From: a virus
Taxonomy: Duplodnaviria; Caudoviricetes
DNA: 64,000 nucleotides
Virus record (IMG/VR): IMGVR_UViG_3300031994_002623
Coordinates: 1 to 64,000 of that record
Direction: 5' to 3' (one strand)
Numbering within the stretch: the stretch's first letter is position 1; the number at the start of each line of letters is the position of its first letter. Positions 25,700 through 37,400 of this stretch are shown one piece after another. The translations under genes and the position numbers were made by a program. The notes beneath the pieces were generated by a model that saw only the letters and a program-made list of their open reading frames with translations, made no database searches and was not told the origin of the DNA.

Positions 25700-28468
25700 A
25701 TGGCATATACTGATGTAAAAGTTACTAAAGTAACAAGTGGAAATAATTATGACATATCAACCCACTTCACAAGTGGGTATACTAATACGCCATCACCATA
25801 TGGTACAATTACCATTACACCAAAAGATGGATTTACAGTAGAGAATGACCTATCAGTGAAGGTATGGGTATCATATAAGAGTGATGGTACTGACTGTGGT
25901 ACTAAGTACTTTGATTTCACCATACCAGGAAGTGGAGGTGGTGGAGGTGGTTCAATCAGTGTTGAACCAGCATCCTGGTCATGGGATTATAATAAATCTG
26001 GAAGTGCAAACAAAAAGGTATTTACAATCACGAAAGATAATAACGTACATATTGAGTCAATAAGTTTAAGTGGTAGGGATGATAATAAATTTCAACTTGG
26101 TGAAAGTGGTCAAACAAGCTTTGAAGTATACCCTAAAGCTAACAATACTGGCACAACAGATTTCGAAACATTAGTGATTGTCTCATATACAGTAGATGGA
26201 GGCAGCGGCAGAGTGATAAATGTTCAATTGACACAATTTAAGGAGTCTTCTCCAGGACCTACTCCGCCTCCTGGAACATTTACAGTTGACCCAACATCAC
26301 TTTCATGGAAGTGGAAAGACGCAACAAATCAAAGTGTTACATATATGCTTGGCGATGGAGTATCTTTAACCACTGTTGATATTACTGGAACTTCAGAAAA
26401 TGAATTTGATGAGCCAATAATTTCATATGATGACAATAAAGTTTATGTTAAACCAAAGGGTGTTAATGAAACAACTGGAGTATTTAATGCTGATTTGGTC
26501 TTCACATATACAGTGAATGGAGGTTCACAAACAACAACAGTTCCTTTGACACAAGGTTATGATAGTGGTTGCGTGGGTGGTGAACTTACGGTATCCACAG
26601 GAAGTTTGGTATGGCTAGACGGTGATGTTAGTGAAAAAACTGTTACCTATACTAAGGGTAGTGGAGTAAGTGTGGATTCTATTAATCTTGGCGATTCTTC
26701 AGAAAACAGTGATTTTATGATAGTAGGACAACAATCTGATAGTGTTACTGTTAAACCGAGGCATGCTATAACCTCAAATGAAGTTATTAAAGATTATTTA
26801 TATTTCGCATATACAGCGAACGACTGTTACCAACAAATTGAAACTGTGAATTTAGTACAAACAAAAAGTAATTTAGATTATGTTGTAATAAATCCTATAT
26901 CTAAAATATGGGAACATGATGAATTATCTCCTCAAGAATTTGTATATGTGATTGGTGGGAGTTATAGTCTAGTAAACGTTGAGATTGACGGTCCACAGAA
27001 AAGTGGATTTACCATAACACATGATGATTATGATGAGGTAACTAAAACTGGAGTAGTTACTGTTAAGCCTAAAAGATTACATATTGACCAATACCCAGAG
27101 TCAGCATATTTAAGAGTCTATTATTTTGATGGAAGTAATACTACTTATGTACCTGCAAAGTTGGAACAAAAACCTAGCACCAATTGGATTGCCTTTAACC
27201 CACCAACGGTTTCGTCATGGTATGCTGACGAATATGGTCTATCATCCGCCAAGAGAGTTGATATTGCGCATGGACCTCAAGTTATTAATCTTAGTATTGC
27301 GTTTAGGGATTTGTCAGATGCAGATAAATTTAATCTAATAACTGGAGAAACTTCGTTCTCTGTATATCCTCTTACTTCAAATGTAGGTGGTGCAAGCAAT
27401 AAAACAGGTTGCGTTAAAGTTAGATACCAGGATATTTCTGGAGGTAATCCTATTAATCCAGTTGATGGCGAAGATGGCCGTGTTTTTATAGATGAGTATT
27501 TTGATTTAATTCAAGAGAAAAACTCAGCTCCAAAACCAGCAGGAATAAAAGTAACTCCAAGTAGTTGGGAATGGGGGAACAGCAAGTATGGCAGTGAAAA
27601 TAGTAAGACATTTACTGTTGAAATAAATGGAACTACCACTGTGGTTAATTCTATTGACTTTACGGTGGGGTATGATGAAAATAAGTTCCAACTTAGTGTT
27701 GCTTCAGATAAATCATCGTTTACGGTTTATCCAAAAGGAGCGAATACAACAACAGGAACTTTTATGGCAGAAGTGAAAGTTTTTTATTCCATTGATGGAA
27801 GTCCTCAGACACCTAAGAGAGTTGCATTGTATCAATCAAAAAAGAGTGATACTTGTGATGGTCATGAGTGCGTTGACCTTGGCTTACCAAGCGGATTGAA
27901 ATGGGCGACAATGAATGTTGGCGCAAACAGTGTTACTGAATGTGGGCTTTATTTCCAATGGGGAGGCACACAAGGCTATACTGCTTCACAAGTTGGAACT
28001 GATAAAACATTCGATTATCCAGGTTGTCCATATTCAATAAATCATGCAGAGTTCTCAAAATATAATGAAAGCGATGGAAAAACAGTATTGGAAGCGTCAG
28101 ACGATGCCGTACACGCTGCTTGGGGAGGCAATTGGAGAATGCCAACTGCGGATGAAGTTCAAGAGTTATTAGATAATACTAATCACAGCCTTTATGATGT
28201 CATAGATGGTGTTGAAGTACTTAGATTTGTTAGTAAAACAGATAGTGGTAAAAGTATTTTCATTCCTTTATGCGGTATTGCCGTAAGAGACTCAATAAAC
28301 GGTGAGGTAGCTGGTTTCTGGACAAGCACTATAGATACTGAGACTATGAGCACCTACGATAGTAGGAATGCTAAATCCCTTCATCATAGTAAAAGATTGC
28401 CAGCAATAGTTACTCGTAATACACGTTATGATGGTTTGACTGTAAGGGGTGTATGTTACGGTGGTTAA
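25700..28468 (+). CDS. Virion adhesin: tandem BACON/Ig-like domains plus C-terminal lectin-like domain of Bacteroidota DGR-target type
   Basis: Repeated V.P.SW.W...V.L.Q modules; VDLGLPSGLKWATMNVGA, YFQWG, WRMPT..E..EL, GLTVRGV. Confidence 0.75.
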   Translation: MAYTDVKVTKVTSGNNYDISTHFTSGYTNTPSPYGTITITPKDGFTVENDLSVKVWVSYKSDGTDCGTKYFDFTIPGSGGGGGGSISVEPASWSWDYNKSGSANKKVFTITKDNNVHIESISLSGRDDNKFQLGESGQTSFEVYPKANNTGTTDFETLVIVSYTVDGGSGRVINVQLTQFKESSPGPTPPPGTFTVDPTSLSWKWKDATNQSVTYMLGDGVSLTTVDITGTSENEFDEPIISYDDNKVYVKPKGVNETTGVFNADLVFTYTVNGGSQTTTVPLTQGYDSGCVGGELTVSTGSLVWLDGDVSEKTVTYTKGSGVSVDSINLGDSSENSDFMIVGQQSDSVTVKPRHAITSNEVIKDYLYFAYTANDCYQQIETVNLVQTKSNLDYVVINPISKIWEHDELSPQEFVYVIGGSYSLVNVEIDGPQKSGFTITHDDYDEVTKTGVVTVKPKRLHIDQYPESAYLRVYYFDGSNTTYVPAKLEQKPSTNWIAFNPPTVSSWYADEYGLSSAKRVDIAHGPQVINLSIAFRDLSDADKFNLITGETSFSVYPLTSNVGGASNKTGCVKVRYQDISGGNPINPVDGEDGRVFIDEYFDLIQEKNSAPKPAGIKVTPSSWEWGNSKYGSENSKTFTVEINGTTTVVNSIDFTVGYDENKFQLSVASDKSSFTVYPKGANTTTGTFMAEVKVFYSIDGSPQTPKRVALYQSKKSDTCDGHECVDLGLPSGLKWATMNVGANSVTECGLYFQWGGTQGYTASQVGTDKTFDYPGCPYSINHAEFSKYNESDGKTVLEASDDAVHAAWGGNWRMPTADEVQELLDNTNHSLYDVIDGVEVLRFVSKTDSGKSIFIPLCGIAVRDSINGEVAGFWTSTIDTETMSTYDSRNAKSLHHSKRLPAIVTRNTRYDGLTVRGVCYGG

Positions 28469-28539
28469 CCAACCCTTCCAGGTCCTGACCCTTCAACAGA
28501 GCATAAAGTGGATTTAACATAGATACTCTTTTTTTTTTA

Positions 28540-28567
28540 GCAAGGTGGTAGAGTTTTCCACCTTGCA
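28540..28567. terminator. Hairpin/terminator
   Basis: gcaaggtgg...ccaccttgc. Confidence 0.55.
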
Positions 28568-28693
28568 TAAAAAATAGTTTTGCAATAAATGGCTAATGTC
28601 AATAAAATGGATATATGATGTTTGCTGAAGCAGTTATGATGACAGCGTTAGCTATCGTGGGCTTAATATAGATTTAATTACTATAAACCTTAT

Positions 28694-28742
28694 AAAAGAG
28701 TATCTAATTTAGGTACTCTTTTTTTATACTCAAACTATTTAT
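28694..28742 (+). promoter_or_regulatory. Terminator hairpin followed by putative late promoter TATTTAT (28736)
   Basis: aaaagagtatcta-att-taggtactctttt; TATTTATaat. Confidence 0.65.
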
Positions 28743-28810
28743 AATTAAAATAACAATTAAGCAAGTCCTTACTTGCTTTTCTTAATAATCTATTTAGATA
28801 AAATAAAATT

Positions 28811-31057
28811 ATGGCAAAAGACAGAAGAAAAGTCCAACACATTCATAGTAGTGTGCCAGACAAACAGCCTACACCAGCCTCACTTGAGGTGGGCGAGATT
28901 GCGGTTAACAATTCAAAAAACCAGGAATTCCTTTCAATTAAGAACTCAGAAGACAAAGTTGTAAGATTCTCTTCAGATGAACAAGTAATCACCATAATGG
29001 AGAGAAAAGAGGTCATGCCTTACGAGGGACTTGTAAGGGGTGCGGAAGGACCTGGCGGTAGCAAGGATTCTTACAATTCTTATGGTATCACAGAGGGAGA
29101 CCTTAAGACTAACAAATCAAATCTTATCATTAAGCTTAACCAGGTAGCAGCAGGTAATACAACCAAGCATGACAAGGTTAATGGTGCAAAGGATATATAT
29201 AACAACCTAGTTAATCCAACTACTGATGGTGGACTTAACGACGGTGCAGGTTTCGCCATTGACATGTCACGTTATGCTATGAATGGTGCAAACCCTTCAT
29301 TCAGTTCTGTAACCACAACATGTCATACTGAGCTTAACGGTAGAACTGAGATACTTGGTGGCAATGGTACAACAGGAGACTGTAGGAGTTACTTGAAGAT
29401 TGACGTATTAACAGCCGACACCAAGGTAGGTAGTGCAAAAACTGGCATCAGTACGGCAACTACAGTGATTGGTACTAATGACACCACGATAAGTGGTAAT
29501 ACAACATTAAATGTTAGTGGTACTACAACTGAGAATCATTTACAGGATGTAACTATTAATAATAGTCAGAATTATACCACTCTTACAAGTGGTAACACCG
29601 TAATACATTCAAATGGTGCTGTTGGTATTAGTGCAAAGGAAGATATTACAGCAGTATCAACAGAGAATAATGTATATATCACAGCAAATAAAAATCTTTG
29701 TGCAAGTGCTGGTGATAATGCAACTCTTTATGGTGAAGATGTAACTAACGTAGGTACAAACTGTAACGGCACTGGAGCATCTACAAACACTAATATCAGT
29801 GGTAGCACAATTGGTATTGGCGGTGATACTCTTATTGAGACAATCAACCAAAACAGTACGGTTAATGTTGGTGGCAATTACATAACCAATGTTACTGGAA
29901 ACACGCAGATGTTCTCTACTGGAAAGACTTGTATTAATTCTAGTGATAATTTGAATATCGGTAGTGATGCTAATACTAATGTCGGTGTTAATTGTGAAGG
30001 TAATGTTTACTCAAACAACGTAAATATCAGTGCAACCTCATCAATCAATGAAAGTGCTACAACTGTTAATGTTAAGGGTTCTAGTACCATTAATATTGAA
30101 GCACCAACAACCAACGTTACAGGTAATACAACTCTAAATCTTAAAGGAAACACTGTAAATGTATCAGCCAATACGTATTCTTCATATACAACAAGCAAGA
30201 CTTGTATACTTGCAAACACTGATTTGAATATGGGTGGTAACACAAATACCAGAATTGGTACTGACTGTAACGGTAGTGTATATTCAGATAATACTTTTAT
30301 TGATGCAAGTAGTAGTGTGACAATAAATGCACCTGTAACAAATATTACTGGTGATACTAACATCAGTGGTGATACCATAATAGAGGGTGACACTATCATT
30401 GATGGTAAATTGATTATATCTGGAACAGGTTTGAGCACAAAGCTTAGTTGGACATATGACAATGTATGTAATGCAACTGGCGATAGCACTAATTTCAAAA
30501 CTGATAAGTCATTTAAGATTCCAAGCTCAGTAGCTCACATAAAGCGTGAAACTTTATCATGGTCATATGGTAGTGTTAGCGACAAAACAGCAGGAGCTTA
30601 TGACCCAGGTAGCAACACTTCATCAAACTGTACACAGAATAGTAATACTAGCAAGATTACAATACCAAAGAGTATTGACCATCTTGACGAGTGGAATGGA
30701 ACTTGCTTTATGATTCCTCACAACCTTTGTGTTAGTGGAACAGTGACATCTACTGGTGGTATGTATACTTCTTCAGATGAAGTTCTTAAGGATGACATAC
30801 ATTATATAAGAGGCGAGGAGATTTCAAGAGCTAGGAAGGTTGAACTTAAGTCATTCTATTATAAGAGCGACCCTTCTAAGAGAAAAGTATATGGTGTTAT
30901 AGCACAGGATTTGGAACGTCTTGGACTTGAGGAACTTGTACACCATGATGAAAATGGTATAAGGTCAGTTGACTATACTGGTCTTCTTCTGCTTAAGATT
31001 GCAGCACTTGAAAAGGAGATTTCAATACTCAAGAACAAATTTGATGAACAAAAATAA
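28811..31057 (+). CDS. Tail fibre/spike protein with beta-helix repeats and C-terminal peptidase S74 intramolecular chaperone
   Basis: N-terminal P...L..GEIAVN; T/N/G/S-rich short repeats; SSDEVLKDDI...YGVIAQ...VDY, terminal coiled coil. Confidence 0.85.
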   Translation: MAKDRRKVQHIHSSVPDKQPTPASLEVGEIAVNNSKNQEFLSIKNSEDKVVRFSSDEQVITIMERKEVMPYEGLVRGAEGPGGSKDSYNSYGITEGDLKTNKSNLIIKLNQVAAGNTTKHDKVNGAKDIYNNLVNPTTDGGLNDGAGFAIDMSRYAMNGANPSFSSVTTTCHTELNGRTEILGGNGTTGDCRSYLKIDVLTADTKVGSAKTGISTATTVIGTNDTTISGNTTLNVSGTTTENHLQDVTINNSQNYTTLTSGNTVIHSNGAVGISAKEDITAVSTENNVYITANKNLCASAGDNATLYGEDVTNVGTNCNGTGASTNTNISGSTIGIGGDTLIETINQNSTVNVGGNYITNVTGNTQMFSTGKTCINSSDNLNIGSDANTNVGVNCEGNVYSNNVNISATSSINESATTVNVKGSSTINIEAPTTNVTGNTTLNLKGNTVNVSANTYSSYTTSKTCILANTDLNMGGNTNTRIGTDCNGSVYSDNTFIDASSSVTINAPVTNITGDTNISGDTIIEGDTIIDGKLIISGTGLSTKLSWTYDNVCNATGDSTNFKTDKSFKIPSSVAHIKRETLSWSYGSVSDKTAGAYDPGSNTSSNCTQNSNTSKITIPKSIDHLDEWNGTCFMIPHNLCVSGTVTSTGGMYTSSDEVLKDDIHYIRGEEISRARKVELKSFYYKSDPSKRKVYGVIAQDLERLGLEELVHHDENGIRSVDYTGLLLLKIAALEKEISILKNKFDEQK

Positions 31058-31121
31058 ATAAAATAATAATGAGTCACATGGTTTTCTGTGTGGCTCTTAC
31101 CAAAAAACTGAAATAAATAAA

Positions 31122-34100
31122 ATGAATTGTGAACCTTGTAATTCCCTTGAGATAACATGTAATCATAATGTTACAATTGGTTATCTTAAAGAGTTGGTGG
31201 CAGCTATTCCAGGAGCATGTTGTACAAGAATAACTGTTACTGGTAATGATTCATACTGCCCTACATATGGTGAGCTAACGGGTGGAACTCTAATTCCTAA
31301 CTTCAGTGATGGTGGTAATTATGCTTGGTCAAATAACGTCGATGGTATTGTAGTAAGTCCTGGCTATTCTAACAACCAATGTGTTGCAAAGAAAGACTTG
31401 AAACTGATATATACAGCGTTTGAGAGCCTTGTTGTATCAAATCCCTCTCCTATCGTATCAGAATGTGGAGGGTCAACAACTACAACAAAGACACTCACCT
31501 TTAGAAAATATACTAAAGAATGCGATAAGGCTGTTACCTCTACAACACAAGTGGATACAACACTTAGAGTTACTTGGAGTGGAACGGATGGCAGTAATAC
31601 TGGAACAAAGTCATACCCAATAAATAATAGCTTTACTGACACGCATCCATCTACTGTTTATTGCACAATTAACTGGAGGGGGTGTTCATATACCTCCAAT
31701 TCTATAACAGTAAGCCAGAAAATAAGAGCGTTTAGCCATTATGATGACTATTCAAGGTCTAGTGGACAAAGTGTTGATGTATCATGCTATCCATATAGCT
31801 TCGACTGTAAAGGTGGTACTTCAGAGGCAACTGCAACGTATTACTACACAACGTGGACTGAAAGGCATCATATTGACACATGTAACAGGGATTATTACCA
31901 AGAAAATGTTAGCATAATAAGGGATAACACACTTGATGTTAGTAACTACCTTAATGCAACATCTTATACATATGAATGCCAGGTAACAACTGCTGATGAA
32001 AGTAGATTTACTTTCGAAGCAACATATGATGGTTTATATGGTAGTGATTCTTGTTGGCAAGTATGCTCTCAGTGTGCAGATTGTCCTCCAAAACCATTCT
32101 CATCATATACAGATGTTGAGGTAGCTTGTAGCTCTCTTTCTGCAAGAGTAATAGTAAGTGCGTATACATTCAGTGGAGGTGAACTAGACGGTAGTGGTAA
32201 CTGTACTGGATGGACATCCGCAGCAACAGATGCATCATATACAAGGGCGTGGACTTGTGATACTGACGGAGGATGGATAGATGAACATATATATGTTACT
32301 GGAGCACCTTGTTGTCCAATAACTAGCGCATATACATATGATGATGTGACAATTCCTTGTGAAGCATCTAATAGTAAGACAGTATCTGTTGGATGGACTT
32401 GTGAGGTACATAATGCTGACGGTTCAATAACTTATATAAGTGATACAAATCCTAATACTCCAATACCAGCTGTTGCATGTAACCCTACTACATCTACCAA
32501 AGAGATTCAATCAAGAATAGTTGCAGAGACACTTGAGCTTTCAAGACCTTTAGTTACACAGTTAGCTGGTCCTTGCTGCCCAGAAAGTGATACATTCAAA
32601 TATGATGATGTGACTGTATCTTGTTCTGGAATACCTGCAACAACTATGAGTGTTGGATACACACAGTATCATATTGGACCTGATGGTAGCGAAACTGTTA
32701 CAACCCATACTAACAATGTATCAATATCAGCTGTTGCATGTAATACATCCTCAACAACAATCATACTTCAGACAAATGAGAGTGGAACAACATTAGCTTC
32801 TGCAAGACCTGGTATAACACAAGAAGCAGGACCTTGTTGTCCAACAGGCGATACATTCAAATATGATGATATAACAATACCTTGTTCTGGAACTCCAGCA
32901 ACAACCCAAAGCGTCGGTTATACACGCTATCATTTGAATGCTGACGGAACAACAACTACAACAACTGGAACAAATCCTAATACACCAATACCAGCTGTTA
33001 CTTGTAACTCAGAGTCAACAACTGTAACTGTACAGACAAATCAGAGTGGAACAACTTTAGATTCAGCAAAACCTGGTATAACACAGGCAGCAGGACCTTG
33101 TTGTTGTAACTGTGACAATTTGATAGTATGTGATAGTTATGAAGTAGGCTCAACTGGTGCTTTGAATGTACAGGTTGGATACTTCAATGCAGATACCTGT
33201 GTCACTGGACTTACAGTAACTTCATCAGAGAACTGGTTGCGTGGACTATCTGCAAATGCTAATGGTACAATAACTGGCTCTTATGATGATAACCCATCAC
33301 CAAATCCAGAGAGGACAACAACTGTTACTGTTACAGGAAGTGATGGCACTAGAACTTGTACTAAGCAATATACGTTGAAACAATTCGCAACAACGTGCGA
33401 AACTGATAGTTGTACTTGCTATGTTGTTTCAAATGCAACTGGTAGTACTAATTCAACAGCAACATCAACAAGTGTAACTTGGTCTTATACAGCAATAACT
33501 TGGACAACAGCTTCAACATGTGCGGTTTCAAGTTCAAAAACTGAAGGAACAAGTAGTACAACAGTTACATTTGCAGCAGCAACATGTAATAACTACACAA
33601 AGAATGGAAGCTTTGTATGGACAGGACATAAGTCTTGCGTAACTAGTGGCTGTAGTTCTAACGATATAACTGTTAATTGGAGTGTAGCACAGCAAAGACC
33701 AGCAGACTGTGATTGTGATTGCAGTGCATTGACTTTTAGTGAAGAAAGCTTATCTTGGACTTGGGATTTAACAACCCCTAAAACTGTGACTGCAACATCT
33801 TCACCATCTAATTGTGTAACCAACATGACATTTGGTAATCTTAATAATTTCACTGTTGAAGGTGAAGACGATAAGATAATAATAACACCAAACGGTAGAA
33901 ACACAACAAATTCAGTCATAACTGAAATATTGACTGTTTCATTTACATCTGGTACACATACAGATTGTACGAAGGTAATCAATTTGTCACAAACTGCTCC
34001 ACCTTGTCAGTCAGCAAGCTGTATTTGCTATGCAATCACTAATTCTAGTACAAGTAGTACTGAATCCATTACATGTGATTCCACTGCGGTTACTTTGTCA

Positions 34101-34373
34101 TGGAATTACGAAGAGCGTAGGATAACTAGTGGATATGATTGTTCTGTTTCATCACAGGTTATAAATACTGGAAGTGAAAGCGTTAGAGTTACATTTAGCC
34201 CTAATACAAATGGAACTTCATCTGTAACTAGAAATGGTAGCTATACATGGACTGGACATAATAAGTGTGGAAACAACTCATGCACATCAGAGACAATAAC
34301 AATACCTTGGTCTGTGACGCTTCCTCCATGTGGATGCGACTGTAGTGACATTAGACTAACTAAGGAAAGCTAA
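31122..34373 (+). CDS. Cys/Thr-rich modular virion fibre-like protein
   Basis: Internal repeats, BACON-like segment (NWL...N....RTTTVTV), CxC junctions. Confidence 0.75.
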   Translation: MNCEPCNSLEITCNHNVTIGYLKELVAAIPGACCTRITVTGNDSYCPTYGELTGGTLIPNFSDGGNYAWSNNVDGIVVSPGYSNNQCVAKKDLKLIYTAFESLVVSNPSPIVSECGGSTTTTKTLTFRKYTKECDKAVTSTTQVDTTLRVTWSGTDGSNTGTKSYPINNSFTDTHPSTVYCTINWRGCSYTSNSITVSQKIRAFSHYDDYSRSSGQSVDVSCYPYSFDCKGGTSEATATYYYTTWTERHHIDTCNRDYYQENVSIIRDNTLDVSNYLNATSYTYECQVTTADESRFTFEATYDGLYGSDSCWQVCSQCADCPPKPFSSYTDVEVACSSLSARVIVSAYTFSGGELDGSGNCTGWTSAATDASYTRAWTCDTDGGWIDEHIYVTGAPCCPITSAYTYDDVTIPCEASNSKTVSVGWTCEVHNADGSITYISDTNPNTPIPAVACNPTTSTKEIQSRIVAETLELSRPLVTQLAGPCCPESDTFKYDDVTVSCSGIPATTMSVGYTQYHIGPDGSETVTTHTNNVSISAVACNTSSTTIILQTNESGTTLASARPGITQEAGPCCPTGDTFKYDDITIPCSGTPATTQSVGYTRYHLNADGTTTTTTGTNPNTPIPAVTCNSESTTVTVQTNQSGTTLDSAKPGITQAAGPCCCNCDNLIVCDSYEVGSTGALNVQVGYFNADTCVTGLTVTSSENWLRGLSANANGTITGSYDDNPSPNPERTTTVTVTGSDGTRTCTKQYTLKQFATTCETDSCTCYVVSNATGSTNSTATSTSVTWSYTAITWTTASTCAVSSSKTEGTSSTTVTFAAATCNNYTKNGSFVWTGHKSCVTSGCSSNDITVNWSVAQQRPADCDCDCSALTFSEESLSWTWDLTTPKTVTATSSPSNCVTNMTFGNLNNFTVEGEDDKIIITPNGRNTTNSVITEILTVSFTSGTHTDCTKVINLSQTAPPCQSASCICYAITNSSTSSTESITCDSTAVTLSWNYEERRITSGYDCSVSSQVINTGSESVRVTFSPNTNGTSSVTRNGSYTWTGHNKCGNNSCTSETITIPWSVTLPPCGCDCSDIRLTKES
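32307..33095 (+). repeat. Three tandem 261-264 bp coding repeats
   Basis: PCC at 32307, 32571, 32832, 33096; shared gatacattcaaatatgatgat in units 2 and 3. Confidence 0.85.
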
Positions 34374-34380
34374 TAACAAA

Positions 34381-34411
34381 AAGAAAGTAGCTTGCGTGGC
34401 TACTTTCTTTT
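34381..34411 (+). terminator. Intrinsic terminator-like hairpin
   Basis: aagaaagtagc...gctactttctt. Confidence 0.7.
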
Positions 34412-34434
34412 AACTGAATTAATAATATATAAAC

Positions 34435-37400
34435 ATGATAAATGTAGATTTTACGACTAACTCTGGGGAAACTATATATAGTTATTCTTGGCAGAATTGC
34501 GGTGGTAATAAAAACGTTAATTTTGAACTTGAAAACCCTAGTTATACGTGGTGTACGGTTACACACACACCAGAGAATTCTAAGGTTAAGATTCATGCAG
34601 ATGCAGTTCCAGAAAGGCAAAGAGACCCTAGGAGTGCTAAGGTGTTAATGAAAGTGAACGATGTAACATGTGATGAGTACTTTTATGTCTCACAACCAGG
34701 ACAACCATGTCACTGTTCAGCGTTTATTCCAATCGAGATTGGAGCTACATTTCCTTCATCTGGTGCTGCCGTAGGAACTGTTATAGGTTCATATTATAAT
34801 GATACTACTTGCGACGCTAGCAAGATAACAATTACTGGTGACCTTCAAGCTGAAGCTGTTGGAGGACAAATAAAACTAACATCAGCAGTTGGTGCTTATA
34901 ATGATGGTAGAACCTTTAATGTTATTTTCAATTATGATGGGTCTGAATGTACTAGAGGTACTTGTACCCAAAGTGCTGCTTCATGCCGTTGTACAACAAT
35001 AACAGCAACGCCTTATACATTTGCAGCACCAGACACCTGTGGTGACATTAGACCAGTAACAGTATTAACAATTGATGGCTGTTGTTCAATTGTAACGGGA
35101 ATAACTGGAACTGATAGTGATAAGTTTACCATAACAACCGCTACTTCTGGTGATTATAAAGTGGTTAAAGCGTGTCCTAGTTCAACAAATATTAGCACAA
35201 GTACCGATAGAAGAGCTACCGTATCGGTAACAGCTACTTGTGGAAATGATACTTGTTCTAGCTCAACAACTCTAACACAGGAGCATTCTGGATGTACCCC
35301 TAGTGAATGCACATGTTATACAGTATCTAACGCTAGTGTAGTTGATGGGTCAAATTTGACTTGTGAATCAACATCAGCAACTGTTAGATGGAACTTTACT
35401 GGATATACTATAACTAAGAATGCAGATTGTACCACAGCAAAGACTCAAGTAGTCCAGTCTTATCAAGATGGAACAGTTAACTTTTTGCCTAATACTGGAG
35501 GAGAAACTTCTGTAACAAGGAGCGGAGAAACTGAATGGTATAACCACTTAGCTTGTATTGGTAACACATGTGGGCAGTCTAATGTAAAAGTACCTTGGAC
35601 TGTAGAATTACCAGCGTGTTCTAGTTGCGATTGTAACTGTTGGTATCTTTTAGGTTTTGAAAGATTTATAGAATATTTACCAGCATCTGGAGTCACAAGC
35701 TCTCAATTGGTGGCTAAATATTATCATTCATTAGAAAAATTCACACCATCGTGTTATAACAGTATCGGATTAGGTAATCCTTATGTTATCTACCCAAGTG
35801 GTCAAGCAGTATCTATTAATTCGCATGTCACTGCTTATACTGGAACATATAATGGTCAGCCAGCAACAGTATTAGAACTATGGGTAGATAATTTGGATGC
35901 AAATCCAGAAACTAATAAAATAAGAATAATAGATTATCCATTTAATATAGGTGGAAACTATTGTATCTCATTTACACTACAACAAGAAGGAGCTGAAATT
36001 CAATGTACGTGTGAATACTTTGTTGAGTCTGGTTTAATTAGACCAATAAAAACAAAGATTCCAAATGCTGGTACTAGTGGACAACTTGTTGAAATAGCTA
36101 GTGGTAATACGCATGGATGCGGAACTTTGGTTGGATACATAAACGCAACTACTATGATAGATAGTTTCTCAGCTCATACAATAGAAAAAACAGAACGGAT
36201 TGATGGTAAAGATGTAGTTGTAGACACTGACTACCATTGGTGGGCATCATTCACTGAAAATGATAGCCAAGGAGGTGTTCTAAGAACTTGTGCTCTTTCA
36301 TTCCTATATTATGACAATGATAATGTTCTACAACCATGTAATCAAGATATTATAATAATGCAAAATCAAAACATATGCACGTGTCCAAGTATAATATCAA
36401 TAGATTCTACTTATGATATAGATGGAAAGGAACACGGAATTGGTATTCCAGAAACAGCCTATACTAGAAGAGCTACTTTATCAACAAGCGATGGATATAT
36501 GTGCCAGTTTGTTTTGGCAGAATCTGATTCTTCATGGTGTACTGCATATACTTCCTTTGAAAGGGATGAATATGGAAGTAGTGATTCTGGTGATTTATAC
36601 ATTGAGATAAAAACCACTCCAAACTTTAGCACCCAAACTAGAACTGCAAGAATTACTTATTTTGGAATTTCTAGTCCGCAAAATGGTAGTGGAAACCTTG
36701 TAATTAGACCTTATGAACGATATACTAAATCAGATGTGGATGCTATATGTACTTATGAAACATGTAAAAATGCAGGAACTGTAACAGTAAATCAAGCTCC
36801 ATTTGGTCCTTGTAACTGTACCACTTCTGAATTTGAAGTATATTCCTCTGCTAGGACAGTTAATTATGATGACACAAGTTGGACATTCACATTCAGCAAG
36901 AACATATGCGGAGAAGCAACATACACATATCAATTTGTGGATGAAAATGGCAATTCAATTCAAATGTCAGACACCTTTGTAACTGGTGTTACCTTTAACA
37001 CAACTTCATATAGTGATAGGATAGAGCTTACTTTAGAATTCGATTATAATGGAACTAGTGACCAAGATACAACGGCTAGAGAGGTATATGTTGTTGTTGT
37101 AATGACATTACATGATGATGTATATGGTGAAATTTATGTTTGTGAAAATAGGGTTATATTGACACAAAATGGTACTTGTACGTGTGATAGAATGATTGTG
37201 GCTAATGGTTATATTTCAGTTGGTGACTCTATGCATGATGATTATGAGGTTAAATTAGCAGTTGTCGGTAAATGTGGCATTATTGACAGTTCAGACATTT
37301 CATTTAGTTTTGACCAATATTATGATTGGATTTCACTTAACGGTTTATATGAGAGAGATGGATACATATGGGGTTCATTCAATATTTCTAGAAATACAGG

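Noticed and set aside
28615-28671. 18-aa hydrophobic mini-ORF (MMFAEAVMMTALAIVGLI)
   Set aside because: Too short, no promoter evident; more likely debris in a rearranged intergenic region.
25700-28810. Complete diversity-generating retroelement
   Set aside because: No reverse transcriptase or template repeat within the window.
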